DNA of 64,000 nt, taken from positions 79,174,001 through 79,238,000 of the forward strand of contig OX597826.1 of assembly GCA_951406725.2 (NCBI GenBank), read 5' to 3'. The translations under genes and the position numbers were made by a program. This document shows, piece by piece, positions 51,549-63,984 of this stretch. Within the stretch, counting starts at the first letter, position 1. Every line of letters begins with the position of its first letter. This DNA is from Octopus vulgaris (Eukaryota). Below the pieces are notes generated by a model. It ran no database searches. It worked only from the letters and a program-made list of their open reading frames with translations, and was not told where the DNA came from.

Positions 51549-52099
51549 CTAACAAGGTGGCAAGCTGGCAGAATCCTTAGAACATCGGACAAATGCTCAA
51601 CACCATTTCTTCCAGCTTCTTACATTCCAAGTTCAAATTCTGGCAAGGCTAACTTTGCCTTCCCATCCTGTTGGGGTCAACAAAATAAGTATCAGCTGAG
51701 TGCTTGTGTTGAGGTAATCAACTTCTCCACCCCTCAAAATTTGGTGGCCCTTGTGTCAAGTTGAGAAAGAATTATTAATCAAATGAGAAGCAGATTAGCA
51801 GAATCCTTATGGTTCTGCACAAAATGTCTTGCAGTGTTTGTTCTGGCCCTCTACACCCTTACTGAAACCAACCCTGCCCTTTGTCCAGCCAGGGTCAATG
51901 AAATAAAACACTTGTCTTGTACTAATGAGGATTTAAATGACTAAAATCAGAACATTTCTGGTCTTCTGTTTGCATTAGAAAATCAGAAAAGAACCATAGA
52001 ATTTCTTAATCACCATTTTGTTGCTCCCAAAAATTCTTCCAAATTGCAAAAAATAAATAAAAATTAAAAAATGAAAGAAATGTGAAAAATCAAACAAAT

Positions 52100-52469
52100 T
52101 TATTTTTTCTTGTGTATTTTCTGTTTTTTATGTTTTACTTCGTGTTTTGATTTCTGAGAAGAATGTCTTTTCCTGTGAGATTGTGTTGTGTCTACAGAAC
52201 CATTTCTGGCATTAGATTCAGGAGAGGAAGAGGGAGACTTTCTGGAGTCTCTTGGTAAATGTTCAGGTTTCCGAGATGAGGAGGCAGGCGAACGATGTCT
52301 GCTACGATGATGGCTCGAGTTTGATGTGTGGCGATTCTTATTGCTTGGGAGGATATTACTTTTGATGACTGCTTCTCTTTGTCTTTGGCGCCGTTTGGAA
52401 TCGCTGACGATGCTGAGCAGAGTGTTATTGAGGAAGACCTTATTTGCCTGTGGAATTGGACATTTGCGC
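52100..52469 (-). CDS. POLR1D: POLR1D-iso2-like exon 3 (WRKCPIPQANKVFLNNTLLS...KIHKKK*)
   Basis: actttcag acceptor; within ORF 52100..52528; TAA stop. Confidence 0.9.
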
Positions 52470-55400
52470 CTGAAAGTAAAGGGTGAATATAGTTTTGTGC
52501 GATGAGAGTAAAATATTTTAGGCTGCAAACTAATTTGTATGGAAGTGATCTATATCTATATATATATACTCTTTACTCTTTTACTTGTTTCAGTCATTTG
52601 ACTGTGGCCATGCTGGAGCACCGCCTTTAGTCGAGCAAATCGGCCCTGGGACTTATTCTTTGTAAGCCCAGTACTTATTCTATCGGTCTCTTTTGCCAAA
52701 CCGCTAAGTGACAGGGATGTAAACAAACCAGCATCGGTTGTCAAGCAATGCTAGGGGGACAAACACAGACACACAAACATATACACACACACTTATATAT
52801 ATATACATATATACGACAGGCTTCTTTCAGTTTCCGTCTACCAAATCCACTCACAAGGCATTGGTCGGCCCGGGGCTATAGCAGAAGACACTTGTCCAAG
52901 ATGCCACGCAGTGGGACTGAACCCAGAACTATGTGGTTGGTAAGCAAGCTACTTACCACACAGCCACTATGTGTATATATATATATATATATATAATAGA
53001 CAAAAATAAAGGGTTATACATAAGGGTGGGCTAAAATGTTCCTAGTTTGACTGTGAAGAAGTGATGCTAGAGCTGTAAAATCTTGGATGCATTAATTTCA
53101 ACTCTTCTTCTTAATAACTGAATTGTTTCTTTTCAGAAAAATAATATCTGACTGTTCAAAGAAGACTTCAAAAGTAAGTAGCAACCTCTGTTGAAAACAG
53201 ACAAAATTTGGTTATCATGGTGTTATCAAATACCTGCAGAAAAAGGGTTCAGCCCTCAAGAACATTCATGCTGACACGGTTGCTGCAGTAGGGGATGATG
53301 CTCCAACTTTATCAACTGTGCAAAAATGGGCAGCTGAATTTAGGAGAAGGAAGAGAGAGCTTTGAAGATGACCCGAGGTCTGAACGTCCTGAAATTGCTA
53401 CACCACATGCTGATAGATGACAGGCAATTAACTATAAATCAAATAACGAATGCTATTAGCATATCCCATGGGAGAGTTGAGAATATTCTGCACAATGAAC
53501 TTAGCATGACGAAGGTTTATGCTTGGTGGGTGCAATGTCTTCAAACACCTTATTAAAAGAGTACCAGGCTGATCACATCATGGGAAATCTGACATGGTTT
53601 GAGGCAGATCCAGCTGGCCTCAAAGTTTTCTAACCTAGGACGAGTGTTGGTTTCATTACTTTGAGCCAGGGGCAAAGAGACAATCCATGCAGTAGCAACA
53701 CTCCTCACCCGCTCTAAAGAAGATCAAAGTTGTTTGATCTGCAGGGAAGGTGATGGCCTCAGCTTTTTGGGATGCAGGAGGCTTTGTGTTTATTGACTAT
53801 CTTCAAAAGGGCCACATCATCAATGCCATCTTGCTGAGGCAGCTGGAAAAGTTTATCAAGACTAAATGCCCAGAAAAACTGACAAAAGGGGCCACACAGA
53901 GTGTACTGGGTGCTTTTTACATGGTACCAGCACTGCTGAGGTTGCCAAGTACCTGCAAAATAAGACTTCCTAACTGAGAAGAATAAGAAAGTATGATAGA
54001 GAGAGAGGAGGTGTTGTTGTCTTGCTGAAGAGGTGAATGCATGGCTTGCCCACCTGGAAAATGAGAAAGAGAAGAGATGTGAGGTCCAGGTACAACATGA
54101 ATATGAGAGAGGTGATTAGAGATACGGAATGAATTGGACACAGAGGATATCAGTTCAATGTCGGGGAAAGTGAAGAAAATAGGGTAACATAAAAGATTGA
54201 TGGAAGAGTGGGTGTCAGAGGATGAGTAGCAGGAGGAGGCTTGATGAAGCCTCAATCCTGCTGAGATGGGAAAGTCTTCTCAAGCACAGTATAATACCAT
54301 TCTTCTCAGTTCCCCGTAATCTCCTCTGAGGTCAGTCTTCACCATTTTGTCCCACATCCTCTTCAATCTACCTCTGCCACATGTTCCTTCAACATTTAGT
54401 CATCAGCATTTCTTTATACAGCTGCCCACATCCATTTGCATCATATAACCATTCCAGATCAGTCTTCGCTCCTGCACACCACACCTGATGCCTCTCGTAA
54501 GCAACTTTTATATACATTTCTCTGAAGTCTTCTTCGCATGGCCTCTGCATTTACAGCCCAAGTTTCACAGCCATGTAGCATTGCCATTTGTACACAGACA
54601 TCATACAACCTGCCTTTCATTCTGAGAAAGAGGCCTTTTGTTATCAATAGAAGTGAAAGTTCACTGAACTTCCTCCAGCCAATTTTCTACTTTCGGAACA
54701 TGCTATGTATGGGTGGGAGGTGGTGGTGCTGGAAAGTTCCTGGCTTTGGGCAAAAGAAGTATAGGATGATCAGTTAATTATGATTCTATTCAACATATTC
54801 CCCTCTCAGATTTACAAACTTCAGTTTTTCTAAGCCCTGTAAAAGAACTTGGAAGGTTTGGCCTCCAACCAGGCCTTTCACGATACCCTTAAAGCCAGGA
54901 ACTTTTCAGCACCCCCTTGTATGTGTGTGTGTGTGTGTTTGTCTCTCAACACTGTTTGACAACTGGTGTTGGTTTGCTTCTTGTGTTCCTATAACTTAGC
55001 AGTTCAGCAAAAGGGGTTGATGGAATAAGTACCAGATTTTAAAAAGTAAGTCCTGGGGTTGATTCATTTGACTAAATGTTTCAAGGCAGTGCCCCAGCAT
55101 GGCCACAGTCTAATGAACGAAACAAGTAAAAAGATAAATGTATCCAATAAATTGGTTGGTAAGACATCGTAATGGTTGAGTGAATTATTATTTACTCTGG
55201 GCCATAAAATAACGTAGGTGCTTTTTGACGTAAAACAAATATGAATACAAGAAAACGTAGTGTGTATACGGAACGAGGATTCTGAACCAGAAGTTGGCGA
55301 TCCATCATGAATTGCTTCAACAGTAGGGGCATTGTATGAAGCATTTGGTTTTAAATCGGTATCATCATTACCGGGAAAAGCTAAACGTGAAAGTACTCAA

Positions 55401-58400
55401 ATGGAAGACTTTGACGAAGCAGCTAAACAGCAACTAGTGACACTAACCAGTACCATATTGCAAAAAGTATGCTCTATCATTAGTCTGGATGATGCTGGAG
55501 GCCTTATAAAAGAGGTTGTTAAAAACGAAGGAGAAGGTGTCATTGATGAAGGCAAATTAGCAGAAAATATTGCAGATAGATACAACCTTAAACTTTGTAC
55601 TTTTGTACACACTGGGGTACAAGATAGTAAAGGCAGTATCGACGCTTATTTTGCCACAGCTATGAGGCATTGTAATATGGGTTCAGAGGTTTTAACTCCA
55701 GTTGAATTAGTTGATGCTTGAAATGCTAATGGCAGTGTAAGTAATACAGTGGCAGAATTGGTTGGTATTAATAGACCTGCTGTTGAACAGTTTGAACAGG
55801 AAAACTTGGTGATAATTGGAAAATTACAAAACATAAGTGATCATATGGAAGTACAGTTTGATTTGACAAGAAATTCCGCTTCAGTTTATATCCCATTCAT
55901 GAAGCGATCCAGCATAATAATGAGTGTTGTGGATTTGAAACCGGATGGGCAAGAACAAGAAAGCACGGTAATAAGTATGGTCGAAAGTATGTGGATCCAT
56001 TTAAACAAGAGATTATCAATATGTTTAATTTGGGTAATGAAAACGAAGCTATGAAACGAGGTCCAGGTAAAATGTTAGGGGAACTTAAACGTAAACATCC
56101 TGGGCGTTTGGATTTACCATCATCATCATCGTTTAGCCAGAAGGCTTCATCAGGCCCAGTCAAATCGGAAACAGAAATTCGAACTGTTATTTCATCCTTG
56201 ATAGCAAAGAAAAGAAAGGGACAATCAACATTGTATGATGCCAGCCGTGGAACCCATGAACCATTCAAGTCAACAGCGCTGGAAATATTTCAGGAAGATC
56301 CTAATATTACACCACGCAGGGCATGGGAATTGTTCCAACAAAGACATCCTCCACACAAGGATATATCCACATATCCAACTGACGCAAAGATAAAGAGCAA
56401 AATATCTTCTTTAAAGGTTATGTATAGGAAAACAAGTGAAATACCTTAGGGATTTAAAGAAAGCATTGTCATTTTTCAAAAAATTGACAATTTCGAGAAA
56501 AAGTATTTTCGAAAATAATATAAATATGCGACACAAAATATATAATATTGCAGCTATAATCACGATTTTACTGAGTTTTGGTAGTTTGGGTCTTTACAAA
56601 ACTGGGTCAAACTTCCAAACTCTGAGACGTTAGATTTGCGCTCATAAAAACTTAAACAAGTGGAAGAATTATCTCCCTTAGATTTATAAAAATTTTTTTC
56701 GTCTTTAAGATAAAGGAAAAGGGTGTGCCCTTATTCTAGTCTTTTTTTAGGGTGAAGGGGAGAGAAATAAATGGGTGAAACTAATAATTAACGCTCAGTT
56801 GGAATTATTAAATATTAGTGCTTACTCATGGTGGATGTATTGAGAGAATCAGCTGAGTAACGGACAAAATGCCTTGCAGTAGTTATGGTCCAACATCAAA
56901 TCCCATCAAATGTTGATTTTGCATTAATCACCATCATCATCATCGATTAACGTCTGCTTTCCATGCTGGCATGGGTTGGACGGTTTGACTGAAGTCTGGC
57001 AAGCCAGAAGGCTGTACCAGGCTCCAGTCTGATCTGGCAATGTTTCTACAGCTGGACGCCCTTCCTAACGCCAACCACTCCAAGAGTGTAGTGGGTGCTT
57101 TTTACGTGCCACTGGCACAGGAGCCAGTCAGGCGACACTGGCATTGGCCACGTTTGGATAGTGCTTTTTATGTGCCACTGGCACAGGAGCCAGTCAGCGG
57201 GCACTGGTCACAGCTACGATTTTGGTTTTACTTGACTCAACAGGTCTTAAGCATATCATATCGCCTGACGCATCAAGGGTACTATTAAATGGGCCGAACA
57301 TGTAAGACTGGCAACTTTAGTTGCCAGGTCTTCTCAATCACAGCATATCTCCAAAGGTCTCGGTCTCATGTCATTGCCTCTGTGAGGCCCAACGTTTGAA
57401 GGTCATGCTTCACTACCTCATCACATCTTCCTGGGTCTACTTCTTCCACAGGTTCCTTCCACAGTTAGAGACCCAAGGACCATCAATTCTATGTCCATGG
57501 TTCCTGTTGTTTTGTACATCTAAGTAATTTTCTTCAGGAAGAGGAGCATCGTCACCATTCAGCATCATCCCACAATTATATTTCCGTTGACCAGCAAATC
57601 TTGCCTCATTAATTACAATAGAGTTGTTGTCTGTTCTAGCCATCTTACCCTGTTGACGATGAGAAGCGATGGTTCCACACACCTCTCTGCACATAGACCA
57701 GGCATTTACCATACTGGAAGACTTTCTGGTTAGAGTCACTGCTTTATTCATGGGTATCTCCATTACAACAAAGAACACCAGAACACTAAGATCTTGCACA
57801 AACTCAAATTGCAGTGCAACTTGTTGTTGATGCCTGTATAATAAAAAAAAAAAAAATGGTAACCTTTCCGAACGCCAAGTTTGACACCCATTTTGAGGAT
57901 AGTGAAATCTAGGCCAGTATTCTCCACTTCTGTTAGATTTTCATTTTTCTTGCCTGACGCCTACCACATCAATGACAAGGGTTTGCTTCTTGTGATGTAT
58001 CCAGAAGATGGTTTTCTAGTAAAAATGCAACTACTGTTTCCTCTGTCAAAATTACACGTCTATAGAAATCCTTCAACAGCAATGTCATGGTTAAAATGAA
58101 CTCAGGTTAAGAAAAGGTAGACCGCACGCTAAAAGTAATTTCACAGCATAGACAGGATACTGCAATGGACTGCACACTAAAGTAGCACAAAATGCTTATT
58201 TTTGTATATTTCCATTTTATATTTGAAAAGTTTTCTTAGTTTTTGTTTTTTAATTGCAAAGTCTTTGATCAGATCCTCAAAATTAATCTATAATTAGTAG
58301 AGAGATAAGACAGCCTAATTATTATTTTAGCAAGTTTAAGAGGATTCTTTTGTGCCATAAACCAGTTATTGCACTGCACTCACTGCACTCACATTTAATT

Positions 58401-59422
58401 TTGATAATTATTTTGTAAAAAAAAAAAAAAAAAGAAATTCTTTAGATATGGCACCAATTTAAGAAACCACTGCTAAAACTATTTCTCTTCTCCAAGAACA
58501 TGTAAGTTTTCTTACATCTTGTAAGGAGTTACCATATTCTCCTCAGTGCAGTGAACTGGCAGAAATGTTTTCTAGCACCAGGTTAAATAAGGTAAAGCAA
58601 GCAAACGAGGAAACCTCTACTGGCCACCTAGTCTGTTAGATATAGCAGCTAAATTCTCTCAAGTAATACTTTATTGTCTAAAACAAAAGGAGGAACACAA
58701 GAGATAATGTAGTCCTAGATAAACGAAAACGATGGAATGGTGAGATCAACTAAATGAGCTGTTCTGAAACCAACAAAAACCAGCCTCGCCATCCATATAA
58801 CGGAAAAAATTTTGAAATTATTCCGCACCCTCAGTGTCTTCATTAATAAAAAGACGAAATAGTCCTTCATTAAGGCGTTGCAACATGGCAACCCATCCGT
58901 CCCCTTTTCGTTCCTCATATCCTCCATAAGGAAGCTTGCCTCTTCTCCTCTTGTGAAAACCACCAAACACCTGCCATGAGTTCGATAAGTAAATTAAAAA
59001 GTAACCTTGGTAACCTAAGAGAAATCAATGATAGCGTTAAGTTAATCATTTAAAGGGAGATAACCTATAAAAATTGAATCTGCCACGATGACGTTAATTG
59101 GATTGACCTGGCCAGCCAAGACACCGCCCCATCCCGCCGCCACATTGTTCTACATTTTTTTGGTTTGCATAAATGAAGTCGGAGTAATTATTTACGGAGC
59201 TGTGTGTTCTTCTTATACTCTCTCTTGAATTAAGAGTACGACTGTATTTTATTCAGAAGCCAGTATGGCTCTGTGCTTAAAGAATTTGTTTCCCCAACTA
59301 CAGGGTTCCTGGTTCAGTCCTCACTATGCGGAACCATGGGCAATGGTCCCTTTCTATAGCGCTGGACTGACCAATGCCTTGTGAGAAAATCTGATTGGCA
59401 GAAACTGCAGAACCCTGTCGCA

Positions 59423-59457
<35 letters not shown>

Positions 59458-61943
59458 GAGTGGCTGTGTGGTAAGAAGGTTGCTTCCCAACCACATGGTT
59501 CTGGGTTTAGTCCCATTGCATAGCACCTTGGGCAAGTGACTTCTACTATAGCCTCGGGCCGACCAAAGCCTTGCGAGTGGATTTGGTAGACAGAAACTGA
59601 AAGAAGCCCATCTTATGTGTGTGTGTGTGCGCGCATGTATGTGTTTGTACCCCTACCATTGCTTGACAACCAATGTTGGTGTGCTTACGTCCCCGTAACT
59701 TAGCGGTTCAGCAAAAGAGAGCGATAGAATAAGTACTAGGCTTACATAGAATAGGTTCTGGGGCCGATTTGTTCGACTAAAGGTAGTGCTCCAGCATGGC
59801 CACAGTCAGATGACTGAAACAAGTAGAAGAATAAAAGAATACATACATACGTATATATACATGTATGTATATATATTCAAGGGCACTTAGCAGAGTGTAA
59901 TGGGAGTCTTTTACATGTCATCAGCAATATTCTAAAGTCAAGTTTCACTATTTCTTCCATGGTCTTTCTCTTCTATTTTTCTTTGAATCATTTGCCACTT
60001 CTTCACCCAACTTGCATCCTTCATACACATCACATGACCATACCATTGCAGTCTTCTCTCTTGCACACTGCAACTGATTTGTCTTGTGCCATTTTTTGTT
60101 CACATATGCTAACATAACACACACAGGGGTTCATGCTCACCTAATTTCTTTGCAACCTTTGTGCATATTTGCTGCCCTCAGTGTCCGTGTTTTGCTACCA
60201 CGAAAAATCTCATTATTCTTGTATACAAATCAAGGCCATTTCTTGCTGTGTTGGAATATTTCAAACTGTTCACAAACACTAGTTTTTGTCATGTAATGTT
60301 TGGACCTATCAACCTCAGTTCTTTGCTTTTTGTTTTAAAAAATGGTGAAGCCAAACTTACCATCCTATTGCTCCCATTTCTTTAGCCCTCTCGGAACCTC
60401 TTTTAGCTTCTTGGAGAAGTTCAGCAACAGCTAACCTGACAATTAAAACATACGAAAAGTTAGATACAGTGTGAGCATTCTGAGATTTGGTGCTAAATAA
60501 ATTAGAGATTTAAAAACCAAAACGACAAGAAATGGGATTCAAGATATAACATTGGTTGCAAAATATATAGAATTGATTGAAGAACGTTTGTTGTAATGCT
60601 GGGTTATTAATCATTTGGTATAAATTCAAGCCTTACAAACCTCCCAGACATGGTCCTCACACACGGGGACAGTTACCTCAGCATAAGGCTATGAGGTCGG
60701 CTATGTAAAACCTATATAAAGCTCTATATAATATAAACGTATATAAAGCTCTAAAAGACGTTTAATTCATTAAGGGCATAATTTGCAGAGATTATTTTAC
60801 AAAAGAAAATGGGCAATGATCATCAATAGAAATGGAAATTAGTCAAAAGATGTAGACATTCCGTCAATTACACTGTGCAGCAGGAAATGTTGGTATCTGT
60901 CATTAAAAGTTGTTAAGGAAGCTAACTGTTGGACAATACAGCGAGTGATTGTAAAGTAAAATTGGCACTTCAACAGCCAAGCACATTCGTGAGCATCTTT
61001 TAATGCCTTATTGTGAGATATCAATGGTAACAGCGACTGAGGAGGACTTTAGATAGTCACGCTACCTGATAGATACAACAGCGAAATGTTCTTTAAATTA
61101 CATTACTGTATCACAAAAAATGAATTCCACAATGTATTCCAAGGTACCGAATACTCAAAAAAGATTGGAAAGCTGTTAATCATAGGTATACTCGACCAGG
61201 GCTGAACTAGGGTTAAGGAACAACGATGTTAGTATCACCTCCATGACAAGAATCAGACGTTTAACACGCATTAATCTCTACAAAATAACCAAACATTGTT
61301 TTCTGCTCAAGCAGAGCACGACAGATTTGCTTTTAAAAGCTAGAACGTGTCAGCTGGGTTCTTCTAAAGCAACACAGTAACATAGTCAAGGTGAATGAAA
61401 AACGATTTTGTTTTTTATTACCATGTTAGGAAAACAACAAGTGGGAATTAAACCCATTGGATATGAAATGATGAAGTTTTTGTTTGTTTTACTTCTGTAG
61501 AATAGTTACACCATTGTTGTTACACAAGAAAATGGAGGAAATATAATATATATATGCGCCATAAAACCTCTTATTAGTTAGAAACTCTTCATTAAGTATT
61601 AACTTAGCCATAATTAAACTACAAAAGGAAGACAGTCACGCAATATTACTATAAACCAAGAAACCTTTAATAACGAAGGACAACCCAAAAGAACGAAACC
61701 CCAAAATGTAAAATATTCAGACAAGAAATGTCTAACAGGTACTCGATGCCTAAAATTTTTTCAAGTGATGGAAACTGAAATTCCGGACCCGAGGAAAATT
61801 TTCTAAATTCATCCCAGACGCAAATTTTGACATCTCAATCCAGGACATGTCGGTACTAGTCCCGGAAACTACGAACGACTGATAACGGCTTAATTACGGA
61901 TATTTCTAAAGTCCACTTACGCATCAAGATCCTCCTCCGCCAT
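52100..61943 (-). CDS. POLR1D: POLR1D isoform-2-like small basic protein, 3 exons: 61943-61921, 60435-60361, 52469-52100 (155 aa)
   Basis: Spliced product MAEEDLDA-LAVAELLQEAKRGSERAKEMGAIGW-RKCPIPQANKVFLNNTLLS... followed by an R/S/K/H-rich tail. This matches recalled human isoform 2 (KAIEELLKEAKRGKTRAETMGPMGWMKCPLASTNKRFLINT). gtaagt donors, cag acceptors, phases 2/2, 468 nt total. Confidence 0.88.
52567..52969 (-). mobile_element. SINE family A, full length
   Basis: Reverse complement of family A, little CpG decay. Confidence 0.88.
53021..53893 (+). mobile_element. Himar1/irritans-like mariner, 3'-truncated and degraded
   Basis: GVIKYLQKKG..TVQKWAAEFRR, SISHGRVENILHNEL.MTKVYAWWV, KVMASAFWDAGGFVFIDYLQKG. 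Confidence 0.85.
54240..54690 (-). mobile_element. RTE LINE 3' coding fragment
   Basis: ITKGLFLRMKGRLYDVCVQMAMLHGCETWAV matches the RTE at about 49100. Confidence 0.8.
54719..54921. mobile_element. mariner-derived MITE
   Basis: TIRs GGTGCTGGAAAGTTCCTGGCTTT / AAAGCCAGGAACTTTTCAGCACC about 200 bp apart. Confidence 0.8.
55240..56449 (+). pseudogene. Intronless, disrupted coding relic, probably a DNA-transposon transposase (Sola-like?)
   Basis: Three consecutive ORF pieces (55332-55721, 55749-56054, 55991-56449) broken by one in-frame stop and a frameshift; FVHTGVQDSKGSIDAYFA..LTPVELVDA motif; antisense within a host intron. Confidence 0.55.
56930..57470 (-). mobile_element. RTE LINE 3' end (ORF end, UTR and (GAT)n)
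   Basis: Reverse complement of about 49400-49930 (VEGTCG.SRPRK). Confidence 0.8.
57471..58468 (-). mobile_element. Merlin (IS1016/IS1595-like) transposon relic
   Basis: VNAWSMCREVC and IVINEARFAGQRKYNCG..DGPWV resemble Merlin DW.N.CREVC / IDES.F..RKYNRGR..WV; candidate end GGTTTCTTAAATTGGTGCC. Confidence 0.72.
59455..59840 (+). mobile_element. SINE family A, full length (older partial copy at about 59258-59425)
   Basis: Near-identical to the other family A copies. Confidence 0.87.
60361..60435 (-). CDS. POLR1D: POLR1D-iso2-like exon 2 (LAVAELLQEAKRGSERAKEMGAIG)
   Basis: attgtcag acceptor, gtaagt donor, 75 nt. Confidence 0.9.
61921..61943 (-). CDS. POLR1D: POLR1D-iso2-like exon 1 coding part (MAEEDLDA)
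   Basis: aacatcATGGCG start context, gtaagt donor. Confidence 0.82.
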
Positions 61944-62120
61944 GATGTTATTGCCAGGCGGTACCGCAGGAAAATACGTCCCCTCCGAAAAGAAACCCCG
62001 ATTGTTATAGCGCTTTCATCATTTTAAAACTTTTCCTTTCGTATTTCAGCTTTGTGTGGTATGCTTCTTGCAAGAGAAGTGATTTCAACGGAAAAGTAAA
62101 GTTTGTCTTTCTATCAGAGA
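61944..62120. promoter_or_regulatory. Promoter/5' UTR region of the POLR1D-like gene, possibly bidirectional
   Basis: Repeat-free, relatively CpG-rich sequence directly upstream of the ATG; divergent exon candidate about 1.9 kb away. Confidence 0.45.
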
Positions 62121-62371
62121 TACTTAACTCTTGTTGTTTAACCCCAGGTCAAACAAAAGATATTGCAACCATCTCATCTTATTCTCTTGGCTTTCTTGAG
62201 AAAATTATGTAGTTTGTAAGCTATTTGTTGTTTAATTTCGGCAATTTCAACCAATCAATGACGTCTACTGAGGTGAATACAATTTCTGCGGTTCTTTGTC
62301 AACAACAATTATTTGCGGTATCATATCAGTTTATTATGGCTAAAGAAAGAAATAGCAAAAAATATTTGAAA

Positions 62372-62950
62372 GTTGGGGTGGGGGTGAAATTTTCGAGCAC
62401 TCCACCTCACCCCGTTTTCCAGACCCCAAAAGGGGTTTTGTAGTATATTAGGAGGTCACCGGAATTCAGTCAACGAAAAAGAAAAATTTCCAATGATTCC
62501 AGGAAATGACGAGGGAGAGGGGTCCGGTTTCCCACCTACCCCTTTTTTCCCCGAACAAAAATAAGGGGTTTGCAGCATATTATGAGGTCAGGGTACTTGA
62601 TTCCATGCAAAAAAAAGATTTTTTTATTTATTTTGCTTAGTGAAAATCGTGCTGGGGGAAAAGATCAATGGGGGTGGGGTGAAATTTCCGAGGATTCCCC
62701 CTCAACCCACACAGTTTTCCGGACCCAAAAATGAGTTTTGTAACATATGCTGTCACCAGAATTCATTCAACAAAAAAAAAAAAATTCCAATGATTCCGGA
62801 ATATGGGATCTGCTGCCCCTCGTTTTTTTTTTCCGAACAAAAAATGAGTTTGCAGCATATTAAGAGGTCAGGGTACTTGATTCCAAGCTAAAAATCCGAG
62901 TTTTTTTTGGGTTTTTTTCTTAGAGAAAATCGTGCGGGTCAAAGGATCAA
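62372..62950. repeat. Tandem duplication, two units of about 298 bp
   Basis: GGGGTGGGGTGAAATTT..GCAGCATATTA.GAGGTCAGGGTACTTGATTCCA..GAAAATCGTGC occurs twice. Confidence 0.85.
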
Positions 62951-63870
62951 AATTTACCCATTTTTATTTCTTAGAGTGTGGCATAATATAAAGAGGACGG
63001 TCAACTGACAAAACCACAGAAATGTCGATATGTATTTCAGCATTTTGCGCTCTGAATTCAAATGTTGTCGAGTTCATTCTTCGGTACTTGATTAAATAAA
63101 GTACTTGTCGAGACTGAGGGCCCTCTCTCTCTCTCTCTCCATCCGTTTTTTCACACTGTATATAAGAAGCGAGTTTGTACCCTAAATGTCCCTTGTCTGT
63201 CCTTGTAATGTCCCCTTTGTGTGAACCTTTTATAGGTTAATAAAGAAATATCTCTTTCTCTCTAAAGCAAAGTCTCCAGTGTGAGTATGTGGTTTGTGGG
63301 GTCAACCGCGTCCTCTGCTTCATTTTTTGTTAATCACTCATTCTCATTTAATTGTATATATTTTAATTGTTTGTTTATTCATACGTTTCGTCTCATTCGA
63401 TACACTGACCCCAATGTTTGTTTTGTCTGTCCCCGTATCGTCCCCTCTTTTTCTCAACCTTATGGTGAATAAAGAAATTCTCTCTCTCTCTCTCTATCAG
63501 AATTGAATGCATTTCTCTGGGAAAAGGACCTTAAGAACCGTATTCCTTTATCCCATTGGAAGAGTGTGATTGCCGGGGCTTTAGCAGAGTCTGGCGTATG
63601 AGGATATTATCTGATTGCTGACACAATTTCGCCGCCTTTCTTTTGTGTTAGTAACGCCTGATCTTCTCTTATCGTTTGAACTTTGACATAATTTACAGGG
63701 GATTTATTTAAACAGGGCAACAAAACACCGCCGACACCGGTTTGTGATTAGCTTAAACAAATATCGATGTTTACATCGAGGAGTTGAGAGATCCTAAAGC
63801 ACCGACCGTTGGCTCTGATCTGGGACAGGACACCAACAGCAAGTGCTTCCAGCGGTTTGACCATATCAAG

Positions 63871-63984
63871 ATGGATCAGTACTTCAGTGGTTACCACCTG
63901 TTGACATTGGGGCTGTCCACACTCGCCTTTGGTTCTCTGTTCGGCCTGAAGCGGTTGGGGTTGCTTTATCAATGGAGACATAAG
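63871..63984 (+). CDS. Putative first coding exon of an unidentified gene (MDQYFSGYHLLTLGLSTLAFGSLFGLKRLGLLYQWRHK; possible signal anchor)
   Basis: aagATGG context, non-repetitive coding-like composition, hydrophobic stretch followed by basic residues, AAG|gtatga donor; candidate upstream acceptors near 63698 and 63715. Confidence 0.5.

Noticed and set aside
58715-58966. 83-aa minus-strand ORF
   Set aside because: No recognisable homology or ATG start; treated as regulatory sequence instead.
61100-61160. Possible RPAC2 exon (minus strand GTLEYIVEF)
   Set aside because: No EDHTLGN or FCGY motif and no extended matching frame.
63871-63984. Naming the divergent gene (e.g. a membrane-anchored dehydrogenase)
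   Set aside because: 38 residues with a hydrophobic stretch are not diagnostic.
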